Below are positions 50,428 to 60,993 of a DNA stretch of 64,000 nt, piece after piece (positions within the stretch are counted from its first letter, which is position 1; each line of letters opens with the position of its first letter). The notes under the pieces were generated by a model. That model was not told the origin of the DNA. It saw nothing but the letters and a program-made list of their open reading frames with translations, and searched no databases. The translations under genes were made by a program, and so were the position numbers. Source of the DNA: Octopus sinensis (taxonomy: Eukaryota); NCBI RefSeq assembly GCF_006345805.1, contig NC_042998.1:205778001-205842000 (forward strand), in the 5' to 3' direction.

Positions 50428-52313
50428 TCATCATCATCATTTAGCGTCCGTCTTCCATGCTAGCATGGGTTGGACGGTTTAACTGGGGTCTGTGAAGCCA
50501 GAAGGCTGCATCAGGCTCCAGTCTGATCTGGCAGTGTTTCTACGGCTGGATGCCCTTCCTAACGCCAACCACTCCGTGAGTGTAGTGGGTGCTTTTTACG
50601 TGCCACCTGCACAGGTGCCAGACAGAGCTGGCAAAAGGCCACAAACGGATGGTGTTTTTACGTGCCACCGGCACGGGGGCCAGGCGAGGCTGGCAACGGA
50701 CACGAACGGATGGTGCTTTTACGTGCCAACGGCCAGGGGGCCAGGCGAGGCTGGCAACGGACACGAACGGATGGTGCTTTTACGTGCCAACGGCCAGGGG
50801 GCCAGGCGAGGCTGGCAACGGACACGAACGGATGGTGCTTTTACGTGCCAACGGCCAGGGGGCCAGGCGAGGCTGGCAACAGACACGAACGGATGGTGCT
50901 TTTACATGCCACCAGTACGGGGGCCAGGCGAGGCTGGCAACGGACATGAGCGGATGGTGCTTTTACGTGCCAACGGCACGGGGGCCTGGCGAGGCTGGCA
51001 ACGGACAAACGATCGGATGGTTCGCTTAACCACAGCTGCAATTTCCACTGATGTTGATTTGATTTGATTTTGACTGTTCTCACTGGTCTTGCCGGGTCTT
51101 CTCACGCACAGCATACTTCCATAGGTCTCGGTCTCTAGTCATTTCCTTGGTGAGACCTAAAGTTCGAAGGTCGTGCTTCACTACCTTGTCCCAGGTTTTC
51201 CTGGGTCTACCTCTTCCACAGGTTCCCCCAACTGCTAGAGTGTGGCACTTTTGCACACAACTATCTTCACCCATTCTCATCACATGCCCATACCAGCGCA
51301 GACGTCTCTCTTGCACACCACAACTGATGCTTCTTAGGTTCAACTTTTCTCTCAAGGTACTTACACTCTGTCAATTATGAACACTGACATTACACATCCA
51401 TCGGAGCATACTGGCTTCATTTCTTGCGAGCTTACGCATATCCTCAGCAGTCACAGCCCATGTTTCACTACCATGTAGCATGGCTGTACGTACACATGCA
51501 TCATACAGTCTGCCTTTTACTCTGAGCGAGAGGCCTTTTGTCACCAGCAGGGGTAAGAGCTCTCTAAACTTTGCCCAGGCTATTCTTACTCTAGCAGTTA
51601 CACTTTCAGCACACCCACCCCCGCTACTGTAAAAGCACCATCCGTTCGTGTCTGTCACCTAGGTAGCGGAAGCTATCAACTACTTCTAGTTTTTCTCCCT
51701 GGAACATGGTAGACGTTGGTCTCTGCACATTTTCAGTGTTTATTGCTCCTGAGCATCTGCCACAGACAAAAACTATTTTCCTAGTTAGCCTTCCTTTGAC
51801 ATTCTTATGTGTCCATAGCTTGCACTTGGTGCACCTTATAGAGTTTCTACCTACACCTTTTTTACAGATCGAGCAGGGCCATCTACCTGAAGGCGTTTGT
51901 GACTTGTCTACTTTCCTACTTATTAGGACTTTGGTTTTGGCTAGATTGATTCTGAGGCCCTTCGATTCTAGACCTAGCTTCCACATCTGAAACTTCTCCA
52001 GTTCTGATAGTGACTCAGCAATTAGAGCAAGGTCATCAGCATAGAGGAGCTCCCAGGGGCATCCTGTCTTGAATTCCTCCGTTATTGCCTGGAGGACTAT
52101 GATAAATAGGAGGGGACTGAGGACTGAACCTTGGTGGACCCCAACCTCTACCCGGAATTCTTCACTGTACTCGATGCCAACCCTCACCTTACTAGCAGCA
52201 TCTCTGTACATGGCTCACACAGCTCTAACTAACCATTCATCTATCCCTAGTTTCCTCATTGACCACCAGATAAGGGATCGGGGAACCCTGTCGAAGGCTT
52301 TCTCTATGTCAAC
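50428..52313 (-). mobile_element. Young 5'-truncated RTE LINE (RT with PHD-like insert, long 3' UTR), disrupted
   Basis: ORFs 52069..52425, 51624..52211 (GVHQGSVLSPLLF..LLYADDL), 51371..51658 and 51080..51355 tile the RT and ORF end. Bounded by (TA)n on both sides. Confidence 0.95.
50640..51010 (+). repeat. 61-bp tandem array (~6 units) in the RTE 3' UTR
   Basis: Unit starts at about 50640, 50701, 50762, 50823, 50884, 50945 and 51006 (partial); central units are identical or nearly so. Confidence 0.95.
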
Positions 52314-52330
52314 ATATATATATATATATT

Positions 52331-52750
52331 GGCATAAGCGTGGCTGTGTGGTAAGATGTTTTCTTCTCAACAACACAGTTCTGCATTGTCCGTATGGCAC
52401 CTTAGGCAAGTGTCTTCTCTTATAGCCTCAGCTAACCAAAGATTTGTGAGTGGAATTGGTAGACAGAAACTGAAAGAAGCCTGTCATATGTATACATTTG
52501 TGTGTGTTGCCCACCACTGCTTGACAACTGGTATTGGTATGTTTATTTCTCTATAACTTAGCAGTTTGTGAAAAAAGACCCACAAAGTGCAAGGCAAGAC
52601 TTTCACACAGCTTCAGTCTACAAATTCACTCACAGAACATTGGTTGGCAGGAAAAAATGTGAGTTGATTCATTCAACTAAAAAATTCTTGAAGATTGTGC
52701 CCCAGAATGGCCACAAACTACTGACTAAAACAAGTAAAAGATAAAAGAGA
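52331..52750 (+). mobile_element. SINE family A, degenerate
   Basis: GTGGCTGTGTGGTAAG head, CCTTAGGCAAGTGTCTT and GTAAAAGATAAAAGAG tail. Confidence 0.75.
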
Positions 52751-54269
52751 GAAGATATACATATGAAGAGTCAAGAACAGTCACCAAATACACTAATAAA
52801 TATTACTTCAACCATTTTGTCTTATTGGGTTTAACATGGATGGTGAATGTTCAATCATGTTTATATGAAATGTTTGTAGTGAATCTTGCAAGCATGAAGT
52901 GGATTCGATCCACCATAGTTAAGTTTAAATTAACAGTTCAACAGAACTTTTCTCATGGTGGAACAATGGTTTTTGCTGTGACAGCAGTTTTACATTTGCC
53001 AGATTGCCTTTAGCTAGGCCCGAAACAATGTCTTCACCACTTGACCCTTATAACCTCTTCTACTTCACCAAAAGCTAGAATAGAGATATCACAGTACCAC
53101 CAACGAAGCCCATTGTTCTCAACGATATATCTATTCTTTTGGATAGTTATAAAAGCAAGAACCCCCAAGCAAAAACCAGTAGTCACTTGGTGACAACTGA
53201 GTGAATCATGACAATTCAATCAGTTAGGGAATGGAATGCGAGAATCATGATCCAAAGCAAGACAGCTACTAAAGACAATGGCCAAATGGAGAAATGAAAT
53301 TTACTGTCAGCAGCTATGAGACCCAACTTCCCACATTCTCTCACTTTCACTCACTTTGTCTTCTGTGCCATATTTCTTTCTATGGTTCACTACTACAATA
53401 TGAACACACAAGCCGAAATTAACTTTTTTTTACTTCACATGCTCTAGGATTTTATTCACCTGCCCATCAAGGCAAGGTATTTTCAACATAACGGTAAATA
53501 AATACTTTCTTAAAACTTCATGCATTGTCTATCTTTAACATCCTACAACTTGCCATTATAACAACAAACTTTTAGCGCCACAACTGCTAACTCCGACATT
53601 TCATATTATTGCGTACCTAATCAATCTTCATCTGTTACATGTCTAACAGTCTGAAATTAATTGTTACAAGATAATTGTTGCTCTGATTAGCAATTAAACC
53701 TCATTGTTACAAATGGAAATATCAAAACTATTTCATCTCAAAAAAGGATGCTACTTATGTAAATTACATCTGCAAACAAAACTATTAAAAACAGCAATAA
53801 AACAGAATTGCTGAGTAAAACTAAACTATTTCTGGGATAACCGAATGACTCCATTGCAGCCCAACTGTTCCAGACAATAAGGAAACAATTTATAAAACAA
53901 GAAACATTTAAAAACTTTTCAAGTGAAATTTCTTTCTTTTGTAAATGTTCAACAAATGAATTGTTGAAGACACAAAAACAAATACACAGATTGAAAATTG
54001 TAAAGCAGAAAAAATTCAACTTTTAGAGAGAAAACCTGTCCTGAAATAAAAACACAAAATAATGTATGGTTTACAAGTCCACTTCCAACGAACATGATTT
54101 CAGGTTTTGTAAGACAGTACAACACTTTGGGCAGCAAGTTTTTCTATTGGAGTCCCATGCCAACCAATGTTTTGTGAGAGAATTTGATAGACTGAAGCTG
54201 TGTGGAAGTGTTGCCTTGTAAGTGGATTTGATAGACAGAAACTGAAAGAAGCCTGTCATGGTGAGAAAG

Positions 54270-55150
54270 GATCTTCAGACATTAGGCCTCACAGAGATGA
54301 CAAGGGATGGTTTGCTGTGCTTGAGAAGACATGTCAAACCAAGTAAAACTGTGGTTGTCCTTGCATACAGGATTGTCTTCTACATCCTACTTCAGCTGAG
54401 CATTCTTCATCTTGTGGGCCCCTGAGTGGGTGGTGCCATGTAAAAAGCACTCATGCCAGTGCCAAATGTAAGCGCCCATGCTGGTGCTCCAGAAAAGTAC
54501 CCAGTACACTCTGTAAAGTGGCTGGCATTAGGAAAGACATCCAGCCATAGCAGCTATACCAAAACAGACAGGGAGCCCAGGTTATTCTTTAGCTGGCCAG
54601 CTCCTGTCAAATTGTCCACCCCATGCCAGTTAGGAAGGGCATCCAGCTGTAGAAACTCTGCCAAATCAAGATTGGAGCCTGGTGCAGCCATTTGGTTCGC
54701 CAGCCCTCAGTCAAAATCGTCCAATCCATGCTAGCATGGAAAGCGGACGTTAAACGATGATGATGCCAGCATGGAAAACAGATGTATGATGATGACGACG
54801 AAATATATGTGTATGTGTGTGTCCCCCACCATCACTTGTTTATGTCACGGGGCACTGGCAATGACCATGCTCGAATGGTGCTTTTTACGTGCCATCTGTA
54901 CTGACATCAACCACACTTGAATGGTGCTTTTTATGTGCCACTGGCACGGGTGCCAGTCAGGCAGTACTGGCATCAGCCACGACAATGATTACACTTGATT
55001 CAACAGGTCTTCTCAAGCACAGCATATTGACTGACAATTGAAGGGTGATTTTAAATGGGTCGGTTATGCGACACTGGCATCGGCCACAGATATGATCTCA
55101 CTTGGCTTGCTGGGTCTTTTCAAGCACAGCATTATCTCTGTAGGTCTCAG
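54270..55150. mobile_element. Cluster of RTE 3' fragments (plus strand ~54270-54790, minus strand ~54845-55150)
   Basis: Family UTR landmarks AAAAAGCAC, AGGAAGGGCATCCAGC and (GAT)n. Confidence 0.75.
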
Positions 55151-56850
55151 TCACTTGTCATTACCAGATTAAAAATTAAAAAATTAAGTACAGGGGTTGA
55201 TTCATTCGACCTAAAAAAAAACAAAAGCAGGGCCCCAGCATGGCCGTAGTCTAATGACTGGAAAAAAAATAAAAGATAAACATTCCATGAAATAAAATGG
55301 TTTGTCTTTATTACGAGGAATGATATCCAAAACTGAAAGCTTAAAATTTGTGGCTCTCATATGGGAAATACTATATCAAAAACAGAACAGTGTAGCAGTG
55401 ACTGCTACATCACATACATCGATTTGTAATGGCTGCCACATTAAATATCAAACCATGTAGCAGTGTTCTCATGAATTTACATTGGTAGACCAAGGTTGCA
55501 CTACTCAGAAATGTAGGTTACATGTTGTATGATTGGTCTATCTCAACATCTAAAGAATTCTATATTGGTGTATCTCAAATAACATCTATAAATTTACAGT
55601 TTGGTCAATCTGAAATAACACACACTTACATATTGGTGTATCTCAAATAACAGAATTATAAAACCAGTTCTACAGCTGAAGGCATCAATGCAACACACAC
55701 TCTTGCGTTTTGGGCAAGATGCAACTAAAACTTTAAATTCTTGCAAATGCTACACCTCACAATCGCTTTCCGAGTAACCCCTATATAATATAACAACAAA
55801 CTAATCTTCTTTGGGACAAAGGAAACCTTCAGTTCAGATCAATTCCTAAATCTTTAAAAAGCTCAACTAACACAATAGAGTACTGGGACTCCATCTAGGA
55901 CACTGCGCTCCTAGATACAAAAGAAAGCTCTTTACAACTACTACCTTACACCTGTCCTCTCTTCTCACTCTCATTATTTTACCACTACTATAAAGGCCTC
56001 TGCTCCTTTCAGTTAGCTAACTGTACACCACACTACTGATCAACAAAGATTCAGAGAAATTTAAGACGGGCTGTGCCTGGGAGCTCCAGTGGCACATGAA
56101 AAGCACCTCATGGAGGCACTGATGAATGACTGAGACCTTTGGCATTGTACTGTGCTTGAAAAGAAGACCCATCAAGCCAAGTAAAATTGCAGCTGTGGCA
56201 GATACTGGTGTCATGAAAATGGCACCCATGCTGGTGGCACATAAAAGCGCCCATTACACTCTCAGAGTGGTTGGTTTTAGGATGGACATCCTGCCGTAAA
56301 AACCATGCCAAATCAGACTGGAGTCTGGTGTAACCCTCCAGCTGGCCAGACCTGGTCAAGCTGTCCAATCCATGCCAGCATGGACAATAAGTGATGATGA
56401 TTATATGGGCCATGCTATCCTCCCCTCGTCCTGCCTATTCTATCTTTACTGTAATTACTACTCTTTTCAGCTAGTTGTCTATTCTTCCCATCTATCGTCT
56501 CTACTCCACAATGTCAATTCCCTGAAATTTCTTCTCCATCTATGTTTTTCCTGCAGATGTCTTATGTTCAATCTAAATATCACTCACTTCAGGGTCAAAG
56601 GTCGAGCATGCAGCCTACCCTGTTAATTAAGCCATACACTGGAAATACTATCAAACTAACAATCATTGTAGAGATGGAGAAAGATTTGGTGGTAGATTGT
56701 AAAATCATAAATTTTACATGAAAGACAAAGAGAAATGATAAGTTATCTAAAAGTACAAACAAAATTATACAACTTTATTGGATATAAAGTGTGTTGGCTG
56801 TCCATTTGTGCACAACATCAGTAAAGTGGTAAGTCTGTAATGGGTGGCTA

Positions 56851-57495
56851 TTAACACTTTAGCAGCCCAAATATTATACTTGTTTTATGATCAAACCAGC
56901 CAGATCCAGCCTTTCACATCTCTCCTACAATGCCATTCTACAAATTAACAATCACATTGATATCCTAAAATTAAAGTGCCACGTAAAAAGCATTGGTGAT
57001 GGTACCATATAAAAAGCACCTGGTTCACTCTGTAAGATGGTTGGTGTTAGGATAGGTATCCAGCTGTAGAAACCATGCTAAACCAGATAAAGGGAACTGG
57101 TGCAGGCCCTGGATTTACCAACTCCTGTCAAGCCATCCAACCTATGCTGGCATGGAAAACAGACGTTAAAATGATGATGATATCAAAATTTCAAAGCTAC
57201 AAGATAATGAATGATTAATTCAAAATAATACCCATGCTGGTGCCATGTAAAAGCTCCTGTACTGGTGCCACATAAAAAGTACCCAGTACACTCTGTAAAG
57301 TGGTTAGCATTAAGAAGGACATCCAGTCATAGAAGCTATGCCAAAACAGACAGTTGTACTTGACAGTTCCAGTCGAACCATCTGATCCACGCCAGTATGA
57401 AAAGTGGATGTTTGATGAGGATGATGGTGGTAACGATGTGACTAAACAAGCATTGCGTTTGACAGAGTAATAATTACTTAGAACTAAATTAAGTC
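56851..57495 (+). mobile_element. TTAA MITE interrupted by two RTE 3' tails (~56975-57183 and ~57230-57440)
   Basis: Three pieces join into the 220-bp MITE. The first tail is flanked by an imperfect duplication, ATATC(CT)AAAATT. Confidence 0.65.
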
Positions 57496-58219
57496 AATCT
57501 TGGAGTTCTAGGTTGGGAAATGGTGACATGGAAGAGGAGGTAATGGTGGTGACGACGGCAAACTGCTTTATTGACAAAGTATATTTACAAATCAAAGTAG
57601 GCAGTATATTAGGTTTTGAGACAATATATACTTTATATGGATTCTATGCACAAGATACATGTCAAATATATAGAATTAAGATAAAACAGAGTCTCAGAAA
57701 ATAAATGGTGCCATTATGGGACTATTTAATGGGATTCTTTATGCCACAGTAAAAAGGAAAAAAAAGGAATGATTCATAAAAGTTATTAAGGTTACAAATA
57801 CACGAGAGAGAAATGAGGCCAGGCAGAATAATCGCTCACTTAACAAGTAATTTCAGAGCAAACATTTAACAAATGGGTTTTGTGGATCCATTCACTTTAG
57901 ATTACTACACCGTTCCTTCCGTAGGGGTTACTATAAGAGAACCAGCTCAGATGACATATTAGGAGATGTAAAGCTCAGAAAGATTTCAGAGACTGTGACA
58001 GTAAAGTTTATGTGTTAGAAAGAAAGAGCTTAGCAGCCATGGACTGAAGAAGTCCACTTTATAACCACACAGCTTCGGGTGGTGTGGTTGGGCAAGTATC
58101 TTCTGCTACAGTGGCCTTCAAGTGACCAATACCTTGTGAGAAATGGTGCCAATGGCAAGAGAGAGAGAGAAAGTGTATGTGTGTGAGTGAGTGTGCATGC
58201 TTGCATGTGTGTGTGTGTG

Positions 58220-59360
58220 CATATGTCATCATCAGTGTTTAACATCCACTTTCTATGCTGGCATGGGTTGGAAGGTTTCATGTGGAGCTGGCGAGCAGGG
58301 AGCTGTCCAGACTCCAACTGTCTGTTGTGACATGGTTCCTACAGCCGGATGCCCTTCCTAAGTGTGCTGGGTGCTCTTTACATGGCACAGGTGCGTCTTT
58401 AAGTGGCACTGGCACCTGAAAAGACAAGCCTGTATGCGTGGAAGACAGCCATTGCACTTAGCTTGATGCATCTTATCAAGTACAGCAAATCACCACATCT
58501 CCCAGTCCCTTGTCATTTCCTCAGTAAAGCTCAGCATCCAAAGACCCTTTTTCACCACTTTGTCCCAGGTCTTCCTGGGTCTACCCCTTCCACAGGTACT
58601 CTCCACAATTAGAGCTTGGCACTTCTTTATGCAGCTGTCTTCATCCATATGCATCACATGACCAAACCAGAGCCATCTTCCTTTTCTCTTGCATGCAATG
58701 TCTGATGCCTCTTATACCCAATGTTCCTCTTAAATCATTTATACTTTGTCGTGCTTGCACACTGACATTACCCATCCAGCAGAGCATGCTAGCTTCATTT
58801 CTTTCAAGCCTTCACAAATCCTCTGTAGTCAGAGCCCATGTTTCACTGCCGTGTAGCATGGCTGTACATACACAATCCTGAGACAGTCTGCTTTTCATTC
58901 TGAAGGAGTGTACCTTAGTTACCAACAAGAGTAGAAACTGTTTGAATTTCCCCCCACCTAATTCTTATCCTAGCAACTACACTTGCAGAGCGTCCCCCAC
59001 CACCACTGGTCACTTGGTCTTCTAGGTAACAGAAGCTATCTACTACTACTAATAATAATCTGCCTGAGCATTTGAGACAGTTTATTGTCTGTGCATTTTT
59101 AGGAGCTTACTCTACCTGTACATTTGCCACACACTAAGATTATATTCTCTGTTAACTTCCTTTGATATCACTGCATCTGTTATGTGAACAAAGCTTGCAC
59201 TGGGTACAACATACAGAGTTCCAACCAACACCCTTCTTACATATTGAGCAGGGCCATCTCCCTGAGAGGACTTGCAAGTTTTACTAAATTAACTCTAAGG
59301 TCCTTAGATTCCAGACCTTAGTGATTCAGCTATAAGAACAAGGTCATCAGCATATTCATA
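58220..59360 (-). mobile_element. RTE RT C-terminal fragment with full PHD-like cysteine pattern, degenerate
   Basis: Reverse strand 59265-59115 reads SGRWPCSICKKGVGWNSVCCTQCKLCSHNRCSDIKG(frameshift)LTENIILVCGKC; family tail at ~58220. Confidence 0.85.
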
Positions 59361-59687
59361 TATATTTTGCCAATGCAAAACATTGGCATATAACTGATAC
59401 TCATCAAAGTCCTGGGCATTGAGTTGTTACAAACTCCCTTGTTATAGAAATGCAGTAAGCTAGTGATTGGCCTGATGAAAATCTTGAACCCATGGTAATC
59501 TTTATATACAACTTAACAGATCCTCTCATATAGGTGCTTGGTGCATAAAAGCACACATGCATAGATCAAAGCAGAAGAGAATCATCTGTCATGGACACGA
59601 GAATTCTCATATCCCATGATTTTAGTCTACTAGAAACCATCAGCCAGAAGCACTTGGTCACTGCACACCAGTCAAATCTCACTGCTA

Positions 59688-60957
59688 CGAGGGGCGTTCA
59701 ATAAGTAATGCCCCTGACCCACTTCCCATAGCAGTAGAGCAACGACACTTGGCACAGTAATTAGTCTTTTCCTACATAGGAACTACCCAGAGTTATGCAT
59801 TTCTCCCATCGTTTGATACAGCTCTGGAGACCGTTTTTGTAGAAGACCCCAGCTTGGTCCTCCAACCACGACGTGACTTCAGAAATCAAGGCTGCATCAT
59901 CTGGGAAATGCTTTCCTTTCAAAATCAACTTCATGGCTGGGAAGAGGGGAAAATCAGAGGGTGCAAGGGGAGAAATTCATAGCTGCACGCCTGTGCTTCT
60001 GATCTGGCGACACGCGAGTTGTGGACCGGAGCGTTGTCCTGCAGGAGGAGGATGCCTTTGCTGATCTTGCCCCGCCTCTTGATTTTGATAGCTTCTCTTA
60101 ATTTCCTCAAAAGTGAAGCATAATAGGCTCCTCTAATTGTGGTACCCTTTGCCAAGAAATCTGTCATCACTACTCCGTCCTGGTCCCAGAAGACTGTGAG
60201 CATGACCTTGTCAGCGGAGGGCTGCACCCTTGCCTTCTTTGGAGGAGGTGAGTCACGGTGCTTTCACTGCATTGACTGGGCTTTGGTCTATGGATCATAG
60301 TGATGGACCCAGGTTTCATCCTGTGTAATCAGTCTTTTGAAAAAAATTGACTCATCTTCTTGGCATATCTCCAAATTCATCCTCGAGCACTCGACGCATT
60401 CTTGCTTCTGGAAAGATGTGAGCAGCCTGGGAATCCATCTGGCAGACACCTTTTGCATATGCAAATGGTCATGAATGATAGTTTCCACAGACCCGGTACT
60501 AATCTTGACCTTATGGGCTATTTGGCGAATAGTTATGCGTTGACCTTCCAAAATGGCAGTCTCAACTTGACGGACAGACGTCTCATCAACGGCAGAAGGG
60601 GGCAACCAGATCTGGGAGCTGTTTCCACAGAGTTCCGACTATGTTTGAATTCACGATGCCAGCGTTTTACAAGGTCATATGATGAGGCATCATCACCATA
60701 AATTACTTTCATTTCATTGAAAGTCTCCTGTGGTGTGCGTCCTTTCAAATACAAAAACCAGATCACTGCTCGACACTCAACAGGCTCCATTTCACACTTG
60801 ACTCAGTTCAAACACCTGTAAATCAGAAACCACAATTAGTTCAGAGCTGTAATTCACCACTTAATCTATAGAGGTATAAATAAGTGCACATGCAAAATTT
60901 CAGCTAGATCAAACAACTGCAAGTGGGTCAGGGGCATTACTTATTGAACGCCCCTTG
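59688..60957 (-). mobile_element. mariner (DD34D, irritans/Himar-like) transposon, full span, pseudogenized
   Basis: TA TSDs at 59686-87 and 60958-59; 37-bp TIR C(G/A)AGGGGCGTTCAATAAGTAATGCCCCTGACCCACTT with 1 mismatch. Transposase from ATG 60790 has ARWIPRLL, ITQDETWVHHYDP, VFWD and LLQDNAPVH; two stops, a frameshift and a deletion across YSPD. Confidence 0.95.
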
Positions 60958-60993
60958 TATGATATATGGAACATCAGCATTCCCAGTAAAATG

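Noticed and set aside
50589-51067. Long repetitive ORFs (146-191 aa) and a CRISPR-like appearance
   Set aside because: They come from a stop-poor 61-bp tandem array in a LINE 3' UTR. There are no unique spacers or cas genes, and the context is eukaryotic.
52999-53032. Third hammerhead-like motif (..CCTTTAGCTAGGCCCGAAACAATGTC)
   Set aside because: GAAAC..GTC is present, but the CUGANGA core and stem II are too degraded to support a call.
55528-55655. Repeat-spacer pattern read as a CRISPR array
   Set aside because: Only two exact repeats, spacers far too short and irregular, and an animal genomic context.
57513-57560. ATGGAAGAGGAGGTA as the GOLPH3 exon 1 MEEV motif
   Set aside because: It is on the wrong strand and the flanking residues do not match RLTLMEEVLLLGLKD.
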